Shown: positions 1 through 15,511, counted from the whole stretch's first letter. The stretch: DNA of 61,391 bases, filler included, from Piptocephalis cylindrospora (GCA_003614145.1; 5 parts of 5 records of this genome joined end to end with filler, not necessarily neighbours in it); one strand, 5' to 3'. Notes: a model not told the origin generated them from the letters alone. Made by a program: numbers and translations.

Positions 1-55
1 GAGTACTGAAGAGTGAGGAAGAAGATCAGAGGCAGTGATGATGTGAGAAAAAGAG
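1..55 (-). repeat. 55-bp inverted duplicate of 687..741 at contig start (probable chimera/assembly artefact)
   Basis: 1..55 is the exact reverse complement of 687..741. The same 55-bp pattern occurs at the start of contig 4. Confidence 0.9.
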
Positions 56-746
56 TTCCAAGGAGAAAACGCGGTAAGAAGAGGGCCAGTAAAAAAGTAG
101 GAGTGAAAAAGGGTGCTAAGAACCTAGCGCGATCCAATCGTTCATTGTGAACATTGGTAAAGTCCTCCTTTAAGACTCACCATACGAGATGCGTCCTCCA
201 AGGACATTAGTTCGGCCGAGCATATTGTTATAAAGAGAGTCGAGGAACGGAGAGGAAACCAGGAAAAGGACAAGGACCAGTCGGCCACGGTAATAACGAC
301 AAGGTCTTCCCAGTGTATGGCCAAGTTAGATCAGGGGCCAACGGGTCAATTCGAACACCAACCTACTTATCTCTGGCAAAAGGAGAAGCTCAAGTCTTAC
401 TCTGCCAAATATATCCAATGGAAGCCCACCATTTTCGTAAATGGTAAATTTTCTTCCGAGTGGTTAAATTTAAACCAATCCTCACAAGGGATTATGCCTT
501 AAGCGGATGTAGGCAAATAGTCTGAGTCAGCCACCGCCACTCTCCACTACATAGCTAGATTATAAAGCTGCAAGAATCCCAATGAGAGTCTGAAATCGCC
601 CGCCTAATAAATATAGCAAGGTCAACCACTTTCAAGCACTTGTTTACCAGTGATCTCAGCATCCTTTCTTCCCTTCCTCCCTTCCTCTCTTTTTCTCACA
701 TCATCACTGCCTCTGATCTTCTTCCTCACTCTTCAGTACTCCCAGC

Positions 747-1517
747 ATGTCAACTGATGTTCTCTCCCAGACGGATCTCTCCGGAGTCCGCTTCGACTTT
801 GAGGACTTTGTCAAGAAGGAGGTGGGCCTGGACGGCGACCGTCGGCCTCCCCCAGACGTGTGTAAAGTCTTCCTTAGGGGGCAGTGCCCCCGGGGCAAAA
901 CTTGCCCCTTTAAACATAGTCGGCCTGGAGAGAACCATCGTCGACAGCAACCTGTGGTGTGCAAGCATTGGCTGCGTGGGCTGTGCAAGAAGGTAGATAA
1001 CTGTGAGTTTCTCCACGAATACAACTTACGACGGATGCCTGAATGCTGGTTCTTTGCCAAGTATGGAGAGTGCGTCAACCTCGACGAATGTCTCTATCTC
1101 CACATCGATCCGGCCTCCAAAGTCGTCGAGTGCCCCTGGTATAATAGGGGCTATTGCAAACAGGGTCCCGGATGCCGGTACAAGCATGTACGTAAGGCTG
1201 TGTGCACCAATTTCCTCTGCGGCTTCTGTCCCCTTGGACCCAATTGCTCAGATGGCCATCCAAAGTACGAATTGCCTGATCTCAGCAAACTTGACCTTCC
1301 CCCCACCAGGCCCATCCAGGATAAGCCTCCAGGCTATCAGGGATCCGCTGCTGCTGTCGGGATGCACATGCATCGTCGTCCTCATTACCGTTCCGGTGCG
1401 GGACAATTGGCCGGATCCTCAGAGTCATCCGATACAACCCGGCAACGACCTCTCTCTGAAGTCGTGTGTTACAAGTGCGGGGAAAAAGGACACTATGCCA
1501 ACCGGTGCTACAACTAA
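747..1517 (+). CDS. YTH1: mRNA 3'-end processing factor Yth1/CPSF30
   Basis: Five CCCH zinc fingers, including CKHWLRGLCKKVDNCEFLHEYNLRRMPEC, plus a C-terminal CCHC knuckle CYKCGEKGHYANRC. Intronless, 256 aa. Confidence 0.96.
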   Translation: MSTDVLSQTDLSGVRFDFEDFVKKEVGLDGDRRPPPDVCKVFLRGQCPRGKTCPFKHSRPGENHRRQQPVVCKHWLRGLCKKVDNCEFLHEYNLRRMPECWFFAKYGECVNLDECLYLHIDPASKVVECPWYNRGYCKQGPGCRYKHVRKAVCTNFLCGFCPLGPNCSDGHPKYELPDLSKLDLPPTRPIQDKPPGYQGSAAAVGMHMHRRPHYRSGAGQLAGSSESSDTTRQRPLSEVVCYKCGEKGHYANRCYN

Positions 1518-1675
1518 GATCCCTCTCCGTTATTATTGACCTATGAGAGAATTTCATCAATACACTGTACATTTTACCTCATCTATTTTTCTATTGACAT
1601 TGACCCGCGTTTACTACCTTTCCTGATGATTATGATTTAGCGGGTGAGAGAGACTATTACAAATAGTAAAAAACA

Positions 1676-1747
1676 TTCCGCAACGGGGAATCGAACCCCG
1701 GCCGTCACGGTGAGAGCGTGAAATCCTAGCCACTAGACCATTGCGGA
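1676..1747 (-). tRNA. nuclear tRNA-Glu(CTC)
   Basis: Cloverleaf TCCGCAATGGTCTAGTGG...CT-CTC-AC...GGTTCGATTCCCCGTTGCGGAA with a T6 Pol III terminator just downstream. Confidence 0.95.
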
Positions 1748-2237
1748 CATGTTTTGTCGGGTCACAGCTTACTGTAGACAGCAGGGGAATCTCCATAGTG
1801 AGGCCCACAAGTGAGGACTGAGAAGTATGTGTGTGCTGGATCACTCCCTCAGTACAAGAAGGGACGAGTATAAGGGGGAGCAAGAGATGAGAGTAGCTCC
1901 CATCCTGGGAGAGGAGCACCTTGGTTCTGCATCTGATTGAGAGACCAAGGGAGTAACAAGCATCCATCTCCCCAGACATCCACGATCCCCATCGTGTATA
2001 GAACAGAACGAGAAGTGGTCTCAGTTTTCGTAGTTTTAGCAGAAATGAGATTCTCTCAGAAAAGCTAAGCTAATTTATAATAACTAAACATAAATGTAGG
2101 CAAAACATCCCTCTTGCTTTCCATTCCTCTCTTAATGGTCTCATGTGGGTTCTACCCACGCTGTATGGGCTCTAATTTAAAATATATGCCAATTTTGCAA
2201 GAAAAAACTAAATATAAATAAATACGTTTATTTTGAT

Positions 2238-2410
2238 GATAAAACCTTTCTATTATCCCCAAGTGGGGCAGGCAATAGGAATGAATACGTTCATTTTGAT
2301 TTCCCTAGTGTATATGGGTTTTTGCTTTCACGCATTCTGACCTTTGGGTGGGTACTGTGTTCGGATGCCTAACAGCCTATCCCACTGAGGGAAAATATAA
2401 AGGTTTTATC
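2238..2410. repeat. imperfect ~45-bp inverted repeat pair (MITE-like relic or fold-back)
   Basis: GATAAAACCTTTCTATTATCCCCAAGTGGGGCAGGC at 2238 pairs with GCCTATCCCACTGAGGGAAAATATAAAGGTTTTATC ending at 2410. Confidence 0.6.
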
Positions 2411-2799
2411 GATCGAATGTTGTAAGTTTCATCGATAAACATAATGAAAGTGATTACAGTAGAGATCATTAGATTTTTTGAAGAAACATGAGCTACACCG
2501 AGTGCACTCCTAGTGTCCTCTTTCGTATAGGTAGTGCTCCGTGCTGTTGAATATGAATTTTAGAATGTCTATTATCTTATGCTACTAAGTCCTTTGGCTA
2601 AGGGAATTCATTTGTATGTCACGATTTAGCAACTCTCAACAATGATTATCTCATGTACTAAACCCATCTGGAAAAAACTCTGTATATTAACCGAAATCAT
2701 CCTCCTCCCACAAACTATGTCCTTCCTTCTCTCAGTTGCATGAAAGCATCTGATTTCTCTCATGCAGAGTCAGGTTGCACATATCCCTTCAAAATGATG

Positions 2800-5502
<2,703 letters not shown>

Positions 5503-5682
5503 GATACAATCAAGCTCTGAAAATGAGAGAAGGTGAAACAAGGAGGCTAATGGGGATCCTTGGTAGGAGGTTGGGAGGAAGAAAAGAGCGTGAAGAGGAG
5601 TATAAACGAGACAGTGAGGATGAGGACAACAAAGCGAAGGCGGAGTTGTAGACTATGGATGGGAGGAGGAAAGGACTATCCA

Positions 5683-5743
5683 GCGCGTCGTCTCATTTTT
5701 GTGATGTCTGTGACAACGCGTGAAAAAACGCGTCTGTACGCGT
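5683..5743. promoter_or_regulatory. cluster of MluI cell-cycle boxes (MCB) upstream of MCM3
   Basis: ACGCGT at 5716, 5728 and 5738 plus GCGCGT at 5683, about 180-240 bp upstream of the MCM3 ATG. Confidence 0.75.
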
Positions 5744-6494
5744 CACTTATCTGTATTTGGTCCAAATGAGTATCCGCCACTAGCTAAAAGTATATTTGGA
5801 ATGGGTCAGGTAACAGGCGAGTTTATAATTTCTATTCTGGATTAGATTAATCTATATAGTATATAATTATGTAATAAAAAGGGCAGTGGCTTCCCTTTAC
5901 TCTTCAATTCAGATATCTCCAGGAGATATCCGGATCTCAGTAAGTAGTAATGGCAATGGATGAAATGTAGAAAAAAGGGGAATATGATACATTTTTACTT
6001 GCGGAAACAGAGGGTGAATATTCTGTAGTGTTCATCCATACGCTACATGGGATACCCATTTTCTCTGCTAAATATCTAGTGAATTGCACTTAGAACCCTG
6101 ATATCTATACTGGGCTGGTGAATAGAAAAATGGTTTACATATGTATACATTAGGTTTGATGGAAGGACCCGAAGATGCCTCGAGAGTTCAGCCTTGCGTA
6201 AATCATTATAGGGACTGGATTGCGCGGGCCACTGTCTAATGTCTAATGAAAGTTCAGGCTAGCTATCGTCTCCTGGGGTATTTTATTGAAATTTGGTCTA
6301 AAATTCACCTATATTTGCGCTCCTTACCTCATTCGGCGGAGCTTGCAGCACTCACTGTTCCCCCATCGTTTCCCCCGTCTTACGTATCATGACCATTGAT
6401 GTATAGACTAGCAGTAGCCGATTGCACTCCTTGACTGGGTAGCCCTCCTTATTTGATACTCTTTCTGCTCCATGCTCAATTCTCATCCTTGATC

Positions 6495-9324
6495 ATGGAT
6501 TGTGTTTTTCACGCTTTCCGCGAATACCTCGCCTTTGAAAGTGAAGGTAAGCCCTGATGGCCATCGTCCCTCAGGGGGGAGGAGGAGTAAAGAAGAGGGG
6601 GGTGGGATCACTTGCCACTCTATCTTTTCTGACTCGGTGTCCTTACGGCTGGGTAGCGTTACCATTCCCACGGATCTGGGAGATCCTTGCCAAGCCAACG
6701 CCTTTATCCATCGACGATCCCGTCTCTTCCCGGACGGCCACTTGGCATACAGAGATGGATGAGGCGGCTCGGGCGTATTACTGGAAGTATCTTCGACAAT
6801 ATGACGGTCTAATTTTTCATCGCAAGACCGCCCCTTCTTCTGAGCTCGCATCTATTACATCAGCCGCAGGAATAGAAAGGAAGCGACTGATCAAGGATAC
6901 CACCGTAGGCATCATGATTTCTAAGATCCATAGTTCTCTCCCTTTCTAATCTTTCTATTTGTCCTATTTATCGTCTCCAGATAACCGCTGACGAGCGTGA
7001 AGATTTAGTCGATGTCACTGCGTTGACTTTGGAGGAAATCTATCAAGTTTATGGACCTGAAGGGGTGAGACTTACAATAGGGGTGACGGAGGCAGTGAGA
7101 CGTCGGTATCTATGTGGAGTAACAGAGGTAAGGCCCCCTTTTGATCTCCCTTTCCTCAAGTCGGCTATTCAAGAGCATTTGGTTTGCACATTCGACGGTA
7201 GATGCTTAATGATTTTTGACTTCCATAACTAGGAATCATTTGCCCCGAAGAAGCTGGAAACCCTCAGTCATATTGCTCGTCGCCGGGAAAGAGGAATGAC
7301 GCAAATTCAACTGACCAAGGCTTTAAAAAGCAAGCCACAAACCGTCTTCCACTTTGTCCTAGGCCTGGTTCGAAGTGGTCATATGTAAGAGAGCTGAGAA
7401 AAGCCCTAGAGAAGGGTAAAGGTTTGAGAATGCGACTCTTCGATCATGTATTTGTATTCATCCACTCACCATACTCACTTGGGCTCTATGCATGTGACGG
7501 GCAAATGATCCAGCGTTAAAATTAGGATCGTCAGCGAAAAGGCCTGGACGCATCTTCTAATTCATCGACATTTTGCATGGGCTAATGAACCCTACCGACG
7601 TTTTCGGCAGCTGAAAGATCATGATCAGTCCGAGGATATCGATGTTTCTTCCGCACTTCTAAAAATCAAGCGGGAGAAGTTGGCGGCCATTGACCAAGAA
7701 GGGATAGAAGGCTCGGAAAGGGCTGACCATGTACTGCAGAGTGGCCTGATATCCAGACAGGTCCTGGTGTTACTGGAAAAGGCCCAAGGCCGTGCCATTC
7801 ATGTCGAAGATCTCATTGCAACGCTCTTGCCCAAACTCAACAATCCTTCTCATCGTCGATGGTTCAACCGATTGATGCGGCATATGCAAGATGATGGATA
7901 TCTAAAGACTGTCAAGGTGCAAGCTGAAGGCTCTATGGGCGCTGAGAAGTCAGGATATGCCGATGTAGATACAGGAAGTGAATCAGCCACCCTGGAGGGC
8001 AAGGAAGAGGAGGATGAGGTAGAGGTAGTGGATAAGGTCTCTTGGAAGAATGCGCGTCGATGTGCTATTTTACTTCCTGCTGGCGCAGCTTGGCTAGAAA
8101 AGGATCGGAAAAAGGAGAAAGAGGACACAAGAGATCAGGGAACCTCTAGACAGGGATTATCAACTGCTCACATGAATGCTATGACCAATCAGTTAGATAT
8201 CAAAATGCCAGGTATGTTTAAGAGACATGCAAATGCTTGAATGCACCTTTTGGGATATGCTAGTACTACATTCAAGTAGCCCGCTTCTTGCTTATATCCT
8301 TTTTATTCATCTTAAAGGCCAAACAAGTACTCTTGCCCATGGTCGTGGATTACAAGTAGGTCTCGCCCTGGAGCAACAAGTGTACCGCTTGCTGCAGGAG
8401 GCGGGTCGAAAGGGAGCTACGCAAGGCGAGATGGAAGAGAGACTGGGAGGTATTAACCACAAGCAATTCCTCAGAGGAGTTGAGCATTTAGGATCTGTGG
8501 ACCCGACGACTAAAGTAGACACCTTTGTGCAGGTGGTGGAGTTTGAGGGGAGAGAAAGGCGCTTTCGCTACTACTCATCCACAGCGTATGCTGATATGAT
8601 GAGGGAGGGCAAGGAAAGCGAGATGATGGGGATGACTTGTTTAGACGGGAGGGGAAGCGAAGGAGGGGGGGATATAGTGATGAACGATTCAGCCGAGTCA
8701 CTTGAGAAAGGTCGTTCTGGTGAGGCCTCTCCAAGGCCTACCAACTCTACGACACCTCGGTCAACACCTCAGGTGATTGAGTCCGCGCAGGCATCCGCCA
8801 AGCTTTATGCAAGAAACAAAGCCAATATACCCTCCGCCTCCCAGGTGCGGTCGGTCAACGCTTCCCGCCGTCGTCAAGTCATTTTGGATTGGATTGAAGC
8901 CGATGGAATTATTGGAAATGGGGTTGTGGAAGTTAGGAAATTTAACCAGCGTCTCGCCCAGACATTTCCGGATACAGAAGGCCAGGGTGGATACGAGGTG
9001 TGCCGAAGAACATTTCTCCGGACTGTGCGAGTCATGGAGGCAGAAAAGTCTCTGCATACCCTGACAGTACATGTACCCCTACCAGAAGGAGGATCCCAGG
9101 AACGCTCCGTTATTCTTCGAAACGACATTGCAGCTGAAGATCCCCTGGTTGCTGCGTTTGTCCAGCGACTCAAGGAGGATTACATGATTCGGACACAGGC
9201 ATCTATCTTCCGCCCGATTGAGCGAGCGGAGGGGCTGAAGGTAGCAAAGATCAAGGATGTTGTTGGTGAGAAAAGAAAGAGAGCCCCGGGGGAGGGAAAC
9301 GGAGGGCAAAGGATGGATGATGAT

Positions 9325-9356
<32 letters not shown>

Positions 9357-12253
9357 CGAGGAGGAAGAACGTTCTAGTACACCTAAAGACTCATCAGGTC
9401 GATCCGAAAAATCGTGGTGGTTCCGAGCGGAAAGCCTTGGTTACATTCGCTCCAAGTTTCTTCGAGCCAGAGCGCTTCACGAATTCATAGTTCGTCATCT
9501 TCAGGATATGGCCGCTGAGGATGAGACCGGGAAAACCGATTCCTCGTCAAGAACCTTTCGCTCTGCAATCCTCCTATCTATTTTCACCCTTGATCTGTAC
9601 CTAAAAATTGTGGGGCATACCTTGGATGGTGAAGCATTGAATGCCTTTCTGGATCAAGCAGACGATGCTAGGGAAATGAGGCAGTTACGGGATACTCGGC
9701 TAGTTGAACTACCATTGGCTATTCGGGAGGATATCATCGGGTCAGGCCGGTATTTAGGGAAATTACGTAACAAAACGCATGGTTCCTTACAAATTCTGCA
9801 AACTCTGGGACTGGTAGTCTCCGCCGATGAGGATACGGACGCGGATGGAAGCGAGGAGATGAGTCGGAACAGTCGAGTAAAAGGGAAGGGAAGGAGGCAC
9901 AAAGGACGTATCCCTTCCCAGAAGGAGGGGCTGCACTACTTGTACACTCTTCCCCTGAGAGTAACCTTTCCCGAGATCATGGATGAGGATGGCCAGGCCT
10001 GTGATGTGGAAAGTGTGGAGCAAGCTGAAAGGTACTGGGTGGACCTACAAACCTTGGTGCATCGGACATACGTTGAGGATCGGGATCGTTCTGGACCCTT
10101 GCAGAAGCGTGGCCCAAGTACCGGCCCCATTTCCCATATTTTCCGTCTTCGATCATGGATTCAATCAGCTAGGGTGACCCTGGATCAGCGTCGGAGCCTC
10201 ATGCGATATGTAGACCGGGGTACTGGACGGACACCCTATTCCAGTGTCCCTCTGTGCCGCAAGATTGCCGGAGAGATCCGTATGCCCGTTGAACAAGTCT
10301 CTAGCTTTTACTGGAAGGTCCAAAAAGACATCTCGCGTCGGCGAAGTTTGATCTCGCAGAAAAAACGGCAAGGGGGACGCTTATTAAGTGTGGATAGGGA
10401 TACATCCCTAGAGATGGAGGATGAGACAAGTTCAGTAGGACCCCGACCTTCTAAAACTTTATCATCAAATCATCCGGGGGCGTTGCAGGAAGATAATGTA
10501 GAGGAAGAGGAGGAGGAAGAGAAAGGAGGCGATGAGGAGGATGAACTCTCAGGTAGCTCCATCAACCTTCTTTCTATATCTTCTAGGTCCTCGGGGCGAC
10601 GAAGTGGTCCTAGGTTAACGAGACTCGTTTGGTCCAAGGATATGGAGGAGCGTCTGTTGTTTGGGATTACAGTCCTTCGATTAGTAGCGCCAAGGCAATC
10701 ATACGCTGATCCCACATCTCTTTCCAGCATATTGCCTGAGATTACCCAGTACGCCATTACGATGGAGCGTATTCGGCGCAAATCAGGTATGCTATTACAG
10801 ACCCCAAGGGGGGTGAACAAAACCAGGACCATCCGGACGTTTCTCATTCCGATATTGGAGCAAGCCTATATCCAAGGAGATCTTACTCGACCAAAGGGAT
10901 TGATATCTGGATCAAGAGCTAGGGATGGGGAGGAAGAAGGAGATGAAGAGGAAGAAGGATATGAAGAGGATGAAGAGGAAGGGGATGAGGATGGAGAAAG
11001 TGGACCATCCCAAAATTCCCACCTAATCCCTACAGAATGGCTTCAAAAGACTATGGCTTACCTGTGGGAAGTCTTTGGGAAAAAAGGAGGTCATCTGGCG
11101 AGGGAGGAGGAAGAGGAGATGGCGGAGTCTAGGAAGTTGGACCAAAAGGCTCGTAGAGGATACTCACTAATGAAGTCAGGGGCACAGACTCGGGCAAGAT
11201 ATGTTGTCCATGCTGGGGACAAGGGGGATATGGAGGGGCCCGCTGATAGAAGAAGCGGCGCGGCCATATCTCACCTAAGTTTTCTTAGTTCCCAGAGCAC
11301 GGACTTGGGCATTATGGACGGGGTCCCTACTGGAGCTCATATGGGGATTTATGGGGATGGAGGCGAAGAGGGAGACGGGGGATCCCGAGGAGCTGGGCCA
11401 TGGGTTCATGTATCTGGGGGAAAGGAACCTCCGCGCGATGCCATGATTTTCCGATTCAAGGACGCCCAGCAAAGGGCGCTTACCTTGAACGTCAATGAAG
11501 GATCTGGTGATAGTGTGGAAGAAGTTTGGAAGGATGAGGCGGATGGTACTAGGACAATGAGTGGTGACGAGAGATCCAGCTTTCTTGAGGAGGGGCTCGA
11601 TGAAAGTGCGATAGAGATGCAGAGAGAGCGTACCCTCGTTGAAAGGGATGGTCTTCGGCTGCAAATCCTTGTCAAGGCGACCATTCTTACACCGGAAGAA
11701 GAGTATGACTCTGCTGTGGCTTTCCATCTCCTTCATCGTTCTTCTACTGATAGGGCTCCAATTGGGAATGTGATTCAGCAGCTGATGGACAAGGGTATTC
11801 TTAGCAAGCATAAGCCGGTCTCCGGAGGTCTCGGCGGACGCAAAGTACTGGGTCGTGGCTTACACCTCACGGAAAGGTTAGTACGTTTGATTGGAGAGTT
11901 TGAATGCTACACAAGGAAGGGAGGGAGTGAGGATTAATCTTATTGCGCCAATGCACTGCCGCTTGACCTTTGTCCCTGAGCAGTGGAATACTGGCTTACA
12001 CTGATGTCCCTCCCCCCCCCCCTCCTCTTCATCCTTTGCCCTTTCCCCCAGATTTGCTACAACATTGGCCAATGGGCTTCCCGAACCCCTTTTCCCCCAG
12101 GCAGTGTTTTTCCATCGAAAACACAACCCTCCCCAGGATCATTTCTTGGCCGCACGACCATTTTTTCTCTCCTCCATAGAGATGAGGATGCTTCCCGTGA
12201 TGATCTTATGAACCTGATGCATCTGAAATGCGGCCATCTCCTCGGGAGAGAAG
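6495..12253 (+). CDS. TFC3: TFIIIC B-block-binding subunit tau138/Tfc3 (multi-exon, 3' truncated at contig end)
   Basis: N-terminus MDCVFHAFREYLAFESEG; B-block winged helix LSHIARRRERGMTQIQLTKAL...VFHFVLGLVRSGHI; FEGRERRFRYY and LGYIRSKFLRARALHEF motifs; GT-AG introns near 6547, 6904, 7128, 7385 and 8212. Confidence 0.85.
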
Positions 12254-12353
12254 NNNNNNNNNNNNNNNNNNNNNNNNNNNNNNNNNNNNNNNNNNNNTTA
12301 ATTAATTAANNNNNNNNNNNNNNNNNNNNNNNNNNNNNNNNNNNNNNNNNNNN
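12254..12353. other. artificial contig linker
   Basis: N run + TTAATTAATTAA (stops in all six frames) + N run. Confidence 0.98.
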
Positions 12354-12769
12354 CTCATCTTTTTCAGATAATCTCACATTAAAGATGTAGTATTTAATTA
12401 ATATTTTTTCCCCTTTTAAAAAGAAAAAAATTTTTTATTTTTTATTTTAAATTAAATAAAAAAAAAAAATTAACAAAGTCCTATGTTTTAAATAAAAAGT
12501 CCCTCTCTACTTAAAATCCCATTCGAAAAAAAAAATACTGGACTAAACCATCTTCGGATTTCTTTTTTTTTTCACCAGATTCATTGAATCTTAGTACGCT
12601 CTTTAAAAAGAACACCACGCGGTACACACCCCCCTTTTGGGGGGGTGTGGGAATAGCGTGTTGCCCCATGACTATGTCATGGTGCAAATACACAAGGTCC
12701 ATTGTATTATAATAATTCGGCAGCAAAAACTACCTAGCCCCTTACGAAGGCATTTATAATGAATTGGAA

Positions 12770-13105
12770 ATGCTTATAGGCTAATCCATATTCGCTCACC
12801 ACTACTAATGGAATCTCGGTTGATTTCTTTTCCTCCTATTAATAAGATGTTTCAATTCATAGGGTTGTAATAACACAATTTGACAGGTGCAATGCACCTG
12901 ATTCGACACGCAATGCGTGTCTCATAAATTGTTTACTTAGGTTTCCCTTTAGGAATAAATAACACTTGGTGTTATTAAAAGTTCCTTAAAATAAAAATGA
13001 GTTATTTCTCCTTAATAAGTTCTTTTTTCCTTAAAATTAATGTTTAATATCGTTACGTCTATATATATTCTTTATATATATTCAATCTCATTCCTGATAC
13101 CCTTT
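12770..13105 (-). rRNA. rnl: mitochondrial LSU rRNA, 5' fragment (boundaries approximate; may extend to contig edge)
   Basis: The + strand TTCGCTCACCACTACTAATGGAATCTCGGTTGATTTCTTTTCCT...AGATGTTTCAATTC matches the complement of the conserved 23S domain I block. A 5'-terminal-like sequence lies at ~13050-13105. Confidence 0.85.
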
Positions 13106-14637
13106 AAATATTTGAAAATAAAAGGAATTCCTAAGTAACCAAGGTTATCTTGAGGAATATCTATAGAAAGATTATCTATTAATAAAAAAGAAATTAAAAA
13201 ATGAATAGAATCTAAAATAATATTAGGATTAATACCTAAATAAAAAGTTAAGAATACAAATATACTTAATATAAAAAATTCTCTTCTATTAATATCTGAA
13301 GCTTTAAATAAAAATCTAGACTCTAAACCAAAAGCAATTCTATTATATAATCAAATAGAATAACCAGCAACTAATATCATACTAGTACCAGCTAAAACTG
13401 TAAACAAAGGATTTTTATTAAAAATACCTAAGAAAGAAAGAAATTCACCAACAAAATTACCAGTTAGTGGTACAGCCATATTACCTAAAATGAAAATAAA
13501 TAAAAATAATGAATAAATAGGCATTTTAGATGTTAAACCTTTATAAAATTTAATTAATCTAACATGATATCTATCATATAATACACCCACACAAATAAAT
13601 AGAGCAGGTGAAACTATACCATGCATAATAGATAATATTATAGCACCTTCTATCCCTTGAATTGTATTAGAAAATATTCCTAAATTTATTATTCCCATAT
13701 GACCGATACTTGAATAAGCAATCATTCTTTTTAAATCTATTTGTCTAAATGTTGTAAAAGAAGAAAGTATTATAGAATATGTAGCTAAGTTTAAAATTAA
13801 TGGTGTAAAAAAGCTAGAAGAATCTGGTAAAAATTCTAAACATACTCTTAAAAATCCATAACTTGCTAATTTTAATAAAATTCCTGCTAATATAATAGAA
13901 CCACCTAATGGAGCTTCTGTATGAGCTTCAGGTAACCAAAGGTGAAATGGTATCATTGGAGTTTTTGTTGCTAATGCTAATAAAAATCCTAACCATATTA
14001 TTTGTTGAGTTTGAAATGTAAAATCAGTAGATGATATAATATTAAAATCTAATGTACCTGTTATTGAATACATATATATTATACAAAGAAACATAAATAG
14101 TGAACCAAATAAAGTATATATAAAAAAATAACTACTAGCTAAAATTTTTCTTTGTCTTGAACCTCAAATACCTATAATTAAAAACATAGGTATTAAACAA
14201 CTTTCAAAAGTTATATAAAAAAAAATTAAATCTAAAACTATAAATACTGCTATTAATATACTTTCTAATATTAAAAATGAAATAATATAAAATATTATAT
14301 TCTTTTTTATTGATGACCAACTTGAAAATATAACTATTGGTGTAATAAAAGTAGTTAATATTATAAAAAACAATGATATACCATCTATACCTACATGTAG
14401 ATAATAATTTTTTATAAATATTCATTCTTCTACAAATTGATATTCATAACAATTTCCATCGAATTTTATCCATAATATTAAAGCAACTATAAAATTAATT
14501 ATAGATGTAATTAAAGCTATTTGTTTATATATTAAATTATCTGAATCTTGATCCTTTAATGATTTTTTAACCATCGAAGGTACGATCATTAATAATATAG
14601 AAACTATTAATGGATTTAAAAATAAAAATGACAACAT
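13072..14637 (-). CDS. nad4: NADH dehydrogenase subunit 4 (521 aa with TGA=Trp)
   Basis: KTPMIPFHLWLPEAHTEAPLGGSIILAG and DLKRMIAYSSIGHM motifs. The three track ORFs join in one frame through TGA; the first TAA is at 13072-13074. Confidence 0.95.
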
Positions 14638-14809
14638 AATTATATATATTTATTATAAAAATCTAATAACTTGAATTGGGCAGGTGCAAAGCACCTGACT
14701 CGAAACACACTAAAAGTGTGTGTCTCGTAAATATTATTTTACTCTATTAAAATCACCCCTACGGGGTATCTTCAATATAATAAAATAGAAGAATAAGTTT
14801 TTTTTATTT

Positions 14810-14883
14810 TTCGACATCGACGCCATCATGAGATGGCTAAGACCCTTAGGGTCTGAAGATGTCTAATCACCCAATGGTGACGA
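14810..14883 (+). repeat. second ~73-bp multi-hairpin mitochondrial repeat family
   Basis: TTCGACATCGACGCCATCATGAGATGGCTAAGACCCTTAGGGTCTGAAGATGTC...CAATGGTGACGA. Near-identical copies at 20850-20921 (inverted) and 23787-23859; partial copy at ~15178-15213. Confidence 0.88.
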
Positions 14884-15283
14884 AAATAATCAATATGTTT
14901 TACATATTTGGCAGGTGCATGCACCTGATTTGACATGCATTGCGTGTCTCGTATTTATTTTTTTTTTTTCAATATAAAATAATACAATAAATCAGATATT
15001 TTATACCTAACAAGACACGCATTGCGTGTCTTATAAATTATTTAAATGCTCTATGTGTTACTCTTATGGGATATGAGTCACCTTTGATGACAAATCCCTG
15101 CTAACGCAGGGCTTATCAAGAAAAAATATAAAATACTATGTCAATGGTATGGGTTCCCATATTGTAAATTAAATATTGTCACCATCGGCGCCATCATCAA
15201 ATGGCTAAGACCCTGAAACCCTTTCGGGTTTTAATAGATTTAATATTGATTTGGTACTCAAATTTTAATCATTGGGAAATTAA

Positions 15284-15511
<228 letters not shown>

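Noticed and set aside
56..330. Possible short exon MLGRTNVLGGRISY followed by GTGAGT on the minus strand
   Set aside because: No convincing downstream exon, and it lies in a segment affected by the contig-start inversion.
12298..12309. TTAATTAATTAA as a biological repeated site
   Set aside because: Always centred in N runs; it is a synthetic six-frame stop linker.
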